DNA from: Promethearchaeia archaeon
Lineage (GTDB): Archaea > Asgardarchaeota > Lokiarchaeia > Sigyniarchaeales > SOKP01
NCBI GenBank assembly: GCA_046483985.1
Contig: JAWOCD010000080.1
Span: forward strand, 28,096-92,095
Length of the DNA: 64,000 nt
Direction of reading: 5' to 3'
Below the pieces are notes generated by a model, which was not told where the DNA came from, made no database searches, and saw only the letters and a program-made list of their open reading frames with translations. Below, piece by piece: positions 60,042 to 64,000 of this stretch; the stretch's first letter is position 1; each line of letters opens with the position of its first letter. The position numbers and the translations under genes are program-made.

Positions 60042-60725
60042 ATGGTTCGATTTACATCCGATCATAAAGTATACATAAAAATACTATATTGGGGAATGGG
60101 AGGATCTGGAAAAACCACTATAGTTGATACGCTTTATCGATTAACAAAAGAAGATGAAAAAGATATTGAACCAACTGGAAATTTAACTAAGATTTCAATG
60201 GCGAGTGGTTCAACACTTTATTTCGATAGAGGAATTTTCCAATCGACAAAGCAACGAAAGGTTTTTTATCACGTTTATACCGTTGCAGGACAAAGCCGAT
60301 TTTCCCCCCTTCGAAAAAAGATATTTAAAGGAACAGATGGAGTTATATTTGTTGTAGATTCACAGACACATTTTCTTGAAGATAATATTGAATCCCTTAA
60401 GGAGTTAAAAAATGTTGTCAGAGGTAGATTAATTACAGAGATTCCCTTGATTGTTATGCTCAATAAACAAGATTTAAAAGATGTGATTAGAAAAAACGAA
60501 TTTAAGCAGATTTTAAAGGACGAAAAATTATGGTATCCCCAAAAAGATGAACTTTCTCTGTGGAATCCCATAATTTATGAAACTTGTGCGTTATATAATA
60601 AACATAAAGATATATACCGAAGTTTTTCTGAATGTGCAAGGAGAACTGGACTATATCAAATTTATGGGAACGGAAAGGCCCCAATTGGAGATAATTTTCT
60701 CAAAGTAGCTGAAGAAAAAGAGTAG
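60042..60725 (+). CDS. MglA/Arf-like small GTPase
   Basis: GMGGSGKT, TLYFD, VAGQ and NKQD motifs. Confidence 0.9.
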   Translation: MVRFTSDHKVYIKILYWGMGGSGKTTIVDTLYRLTKEDEKDIEPTGNLTKISMASGSTLYFDRGIFQSTKQRKVFYHVYTVAGQSRFSPLRKKIFKGTDGVIFVVDSQTHFLEDNIESLKELKNVVRGRLITEIPLIVMLNKQDLKDVIRKNEFKQILKDEKLWYPQKDELSLWNPIIYETCALYNKHKDIYRSFSECARRTGLYQIYGNGKAPIGDNFLKVAEEKE

Positions 60726-61000
60726 TAAAAAATCTATTTTTGATTAAAAATGTGGAAAAAATCCAATAAAAGAAAGCTTAAAGAAAAGGAGTTCATATTA
60801 GCGTCATTTTAATTGAAAGATCTATTTAATTAAATGGATTTCCCAGATTTATAAAAATCCGATGATAAAATACTAGACAAGAATGACCTACAATTCAGTA
60901 GGAATGAAATTTTATAGTTAAATTGAGGATTATAGAAAATTTTTTTAAATTTCCAATATTATCTCCTTTATAAAAATTGCAACGAGAAAATTGAATTAAA

Positions 61001-61180
61001 ATGGGTATATATAATAAAATTAAAGAACATTTGCCAAATCAATTCTCTATTTATCAATTAATGGATATATTAGATGTTGGAAAATCGGAAATAAGAAAAG
61101 TCCGGAACCTCTTAAAACAATTTTACTTGAGAGGTTATATTAAAAGGGTTTCAGACAATATGTACGAAAAAAAAGAATAA
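61001..61180 (+). CDS. Unlisted 59-aa winged-helix-like protein
   Basis: MGIYNKIKEHLPNQFSIYQLMDILDVGKSEIRKVRNLLKQFYLRGYIKRVSDNMYEKKE; just below the 60-aa minimum seen in the ORF track. Confidence 0.6.
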   Translation: MGIYNKIKEHLPNQFSIYQLMDILDVGKSEIRKVRNLLKQFYLRGYIKRVSDNMYEKKE

Positions 61181-61208
61181 AACTTTCTTTAATTCTCTTA
61201 TTTTCAAC

Positions 61209-61793
61209 CTATTTTGCAATAATATTTTGTTTTGGAAAAATTAAATTTATTAACATTTTAAAGGCTTCTAATACGCCTTTACCAGTTGCCGCTACTGTTT
61301 TATTGATGAAAATCTTTTCAAATTTCTCATGCTCTACGATTTCTTTTACATCATCATTTGCTAATTTTTTAATATTTTCCAGATCATATTTATTCAAAGA
61401 AAAGACAAGAGGGATATTGTATATTTCCTCTCCGAATAAATTCAGCAATTCTTTCCAAGAAAATATATTATTCTCTAAACAGATCCTTTGGGAGTCTATT
61501 ATAAAAATTATCCCATCGACACCTCGTAAAGTTGCAGGTCTTGTACTTGCATAAAAATCTTGACCCGTTGCAGAATAAACTAAAAATTTCAAATTCCAAT
61601 TAGTTCCTTTGAACTTTAAAATTCCAAAATCAAAAAATAATGTTCTCCCCACGGTATTTTCAATGGATTTTAATTTGTTTACTTCTCCAAAATATTTAAA
61701 TAATTGTTTAATTGAAGTAGTTTTTCCAGACATTGCAGGACCATAATAGACAATTTTAACTTGTATTTCTCCCTTCTCATGATCAACTATCAT
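61209..61793 (-). CDS. MglA-like small GTPase
   Basis: KIVYYGPAMSGKTT, GRTLFFDF, TGQDFY and NKYD motifs. Confidence 0.9.
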   Translation of the reverse strand: MIVDHEKGEIQVKIVYYGPAMSGKTTSIKQLFKYFGEVNKLKSIENTVGRTLFFDFGILKFKGTNWNLKFLVYSATGQDFYASTRPATLRGVDGIIFIIDSQRICLENNIFSWKELLNLFGEEIYNIPLVFSLNKYDLENIKKLANDDVKEIVEHEKFEKIFINKTVAATGKGVLEAFKMLINLIFPKQNIIAK

Positions 61794-61899
61794 TTTTGTT
61801 TAAACCTCCGAGATCCCGAAAATTAACTTTTTATTATATTTCTCTTTATCTCTTGGGCATCTTCTTATTTTTTTATTATTATTTGTCATTTATTCACGC

Positions 61900-62907
61900 C
61901 TATTTTATAATTAATTCTCCTAATTGTCTTTTCAAATTAAAAGTACTTTCATCTGTTGTATTAGAAGCCTTGAGTAATAAGTGGTTTATTTTCTGAGAAA
62001 TTTTAGCTAAAAATAACCTAACTAATCCAAGTCTCTGTTTATTTTTGTAGATTTCAGTGCAGAAAATCGACTTATTTAGTCCCAAAATAAATTGAAATGA
62101 GTCTTTACATTCCAGCATTATTTTATTAGCATGCATTTTTTTTAAAATCCATGAACATCGATCCGCGGTTTTAAATAATGAATAACTCATAGCAGAAATC
62201 TGATCAAAATTACCCCGATTAATGTTTCTGTTTTTTAAGACTTTTGAAACGATAAATCCCCCCTCAACAGATATGAATGCATATTTAGAATGTGGAAATA
62301 TTTTAGAAAAACTATCAAGCTCGGCTTTCAGTTTATTAGAAATAGCAGTTGATAAATTGATTGAAAAAGGATTTAATTTTAGATTTTCTTTACTCCCTTT
62401 TTTAATATGGAATCCATCCATAATATTTTGAATCTTATTATTTTCAAACTTAATTAATGGGGGTTTAAATTCTTCACCTGAAGTAATTAAACTTATTTTT
62501 ATTTTTCTTAAGCATTCATTAGTTTGTAAGAAAATACCTCCTAAATTGACGTCGGGTTGAGCAGTAATTACAATAAAATATTCATGATTTTGGTCAATAA
62601 CATTCTGACGGTTAATTATTTTATTAAGAGATTTATGTAAAGCACTTAATAATGGTGCAATTAGAATTTTTGCTTGTTTTCCTTCAATTAAAATGTATCT
62701 TAAATCATTAGGATGAAGATGTATCCCTACGTTATAAATTGCACTAGCAGCAGAGCATATATTAAACATTTCTTCTTTAGATATCCAAATTCCAGTCGAG
62801 TGAATCGGATTTCCATCTCTTTGAGTCAAAACTGCATTTTCTACTCCTTTTAATTGTTTTATTTGATCTAAATGTATTCCGATTCTTTCTTTTAGATTAA
62901 GACTCAT
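61900..62907 (-). CDS. Tandem roadblock/LC7 (MglB-like) protein
   Basis: Two roadblock repeats (AVLTQRDGNPI and AFISVEGGFI); upstream of the GTPase. Confidence 0.8.
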   Translation of the reverse strand: MSLNLKERIGIHLDQIKQLKGVENAVLTQRDGNPIHSTGIWISKEEMFNICSAASAIYNVGIHLHPNDLRYILIEGKQAKILIAPLLSALHKSLNKIINRQNVIDQNHEYFIVITAQPDVNLGGIFLQTNECLRKIKISLITSGEEFKPPLIKFENNKIQNIMDGFHIKKGSKENLKLNPFSINLSTAISNKLKAELDSFSKIFPHSKYAFISVEGGFIVSKVLKNRNINRGNFDQISAMSYSLFKTADRCSWILKKMHANKIMLECKDSFQFILGLNKSIFCTEIYKNKQRLGLVRLFLAKISQKINHLLLKASNTTDESTFNLKRQLGELIIK

Positions 62908-63247
62908 AGAACCTTCACAATTGTTTTTTTAGATTAAGTATTATAATTTTTAAATTAAACTTTTTAAACAACTCATTTTTAAGAAATTTATTCTCCTCTA
63001 TAAATAGAAAATTTTTAATATAATCGTGTTTTATAGATACTTAGTTGGTAAGTTTTTCGCATCTTTTAACCGGCGTAAAACTCTGATTTCGGAAATGATC
63101 CGAAATATGAGGAGTTCTTTTCATTGATGCGATAAAAAAAATGTGGTTATAATCAACTGATTATAACTGAAAAAAGAATATTCTCTTCAAAAGATATTTT
63201 TAACAAATTATCTTGCGATCTTTTAACTTCAAGATTTATATTATATT

Positions 63248-63443
<196 letters not shown>

Positions 63444-63792
63444 AAAGAGAATAAGAATAATCAACGCAATTGAATGTGTCCTCATCATACTTAATCTTTT
63501 CAGTTTTATCATTATCAAGAACTTTTTTCATTTGCGAAAAAGTAGGAGAATAATGTATCCCCTCCCTTAAACTTTCTTCTTCAACCCTAAACAAAGCATC
63601 ATCTAATTTCAAGGATGTTTTTTCAAAATCTTGCTTTAACATTTGATACTCCACAGATAAGATAAGATTTTCAGTTTTAAGTGTATCAAATTCACTCATA
63701 AGTGATTTATAATTATATATATAATAGAATAGTGCTAAATTAATCACAATAATCCATGCAATCATTATGGTTTTTTTTCTATCCCTCTTCAT
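63444..63792 (-). pseudogene. Truncated membrane-anchored protein (TM, coiled coil, start of a transglutaminase/cysteine-protease-like domain)
   Basis: PTF...DKT...Y...FNCVDYS motif, after which the frame runs into antisense 16S sequence. Confidence 0.5.
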
Positions 63793-64000
63793 ATTTTCCT
63801 CCCAACTGAATAAGTCTTTTCAATCAATCTTCCCTTCCCCTTTATGAATGGTGGAACAAAGATTCTTTTCTTATGGATATATCTATCTGCAACCAAATCC
63901 CTAAAATGTCCTCTGACCCAGAAACTATGAGAATAATGAAAAGTATTGCTATGAATAATCTCATCAAGATACACCTTTAATTTGCCTGTAACTTTAACCC
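63789..64000 (-). CDS. C-terminus of a phage-like hypothetical protein
   Basis: VRGHFR...RIFVPPFIKG motif; may begin beyond the window. Confidence 0.45.
   Translation of the reverse strand, partial: VKVTGKLKVYLDEIIHSNTFHYSHSFWVRGHFRDLVADRYIHKKRIFVPPFIKGKGRLIEKTYSVGRKI

Overview
This is an AT-rich chromosomal segment of an Asgard archaeon, most likely Lokiarchaeia/Promethearchaeota. The assignment rests on the archaeal 16S 5' end, roadblock/LC7 proteins, MglA/Arf-like small GTPases, a V4R protein and an EMC6-like protein. Most genes are core housekeeping: RNase P proteins, Rqc2, pyrI, trpB2, trm5, tgtA, AK6, two TFBs, ABCE1, class I LysRS, signal peptidase, rpl3-rpl4-rpl23, cdc6 and rps17e. 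Features outside the ORF track: (1) a 17-codon Trp-rich leader ORF (MAPVKLDFWRWQWPWRW) with an overlapping hairpin and U-tract upstream of trpB2, a candidate ribosome-mediated tryptophan attenuator in an archaeon; (2) two inverted ORB boxes flanking an AT-rich core at about 38.9-39.07 kb, a candidate replication origin 16 kb from cdc6; (3) three tRNA genes, all with non-canonical D-loop/D-arm BHB introns, one with A54 in the T-loop; (4) a dispersed Flp/Tad-like pilus gene set; (5) a 16S rRNA gene that breaks off after about 195 nt into phage-like ORFs. All calls are from reading the sequence; no searches or folding were run.
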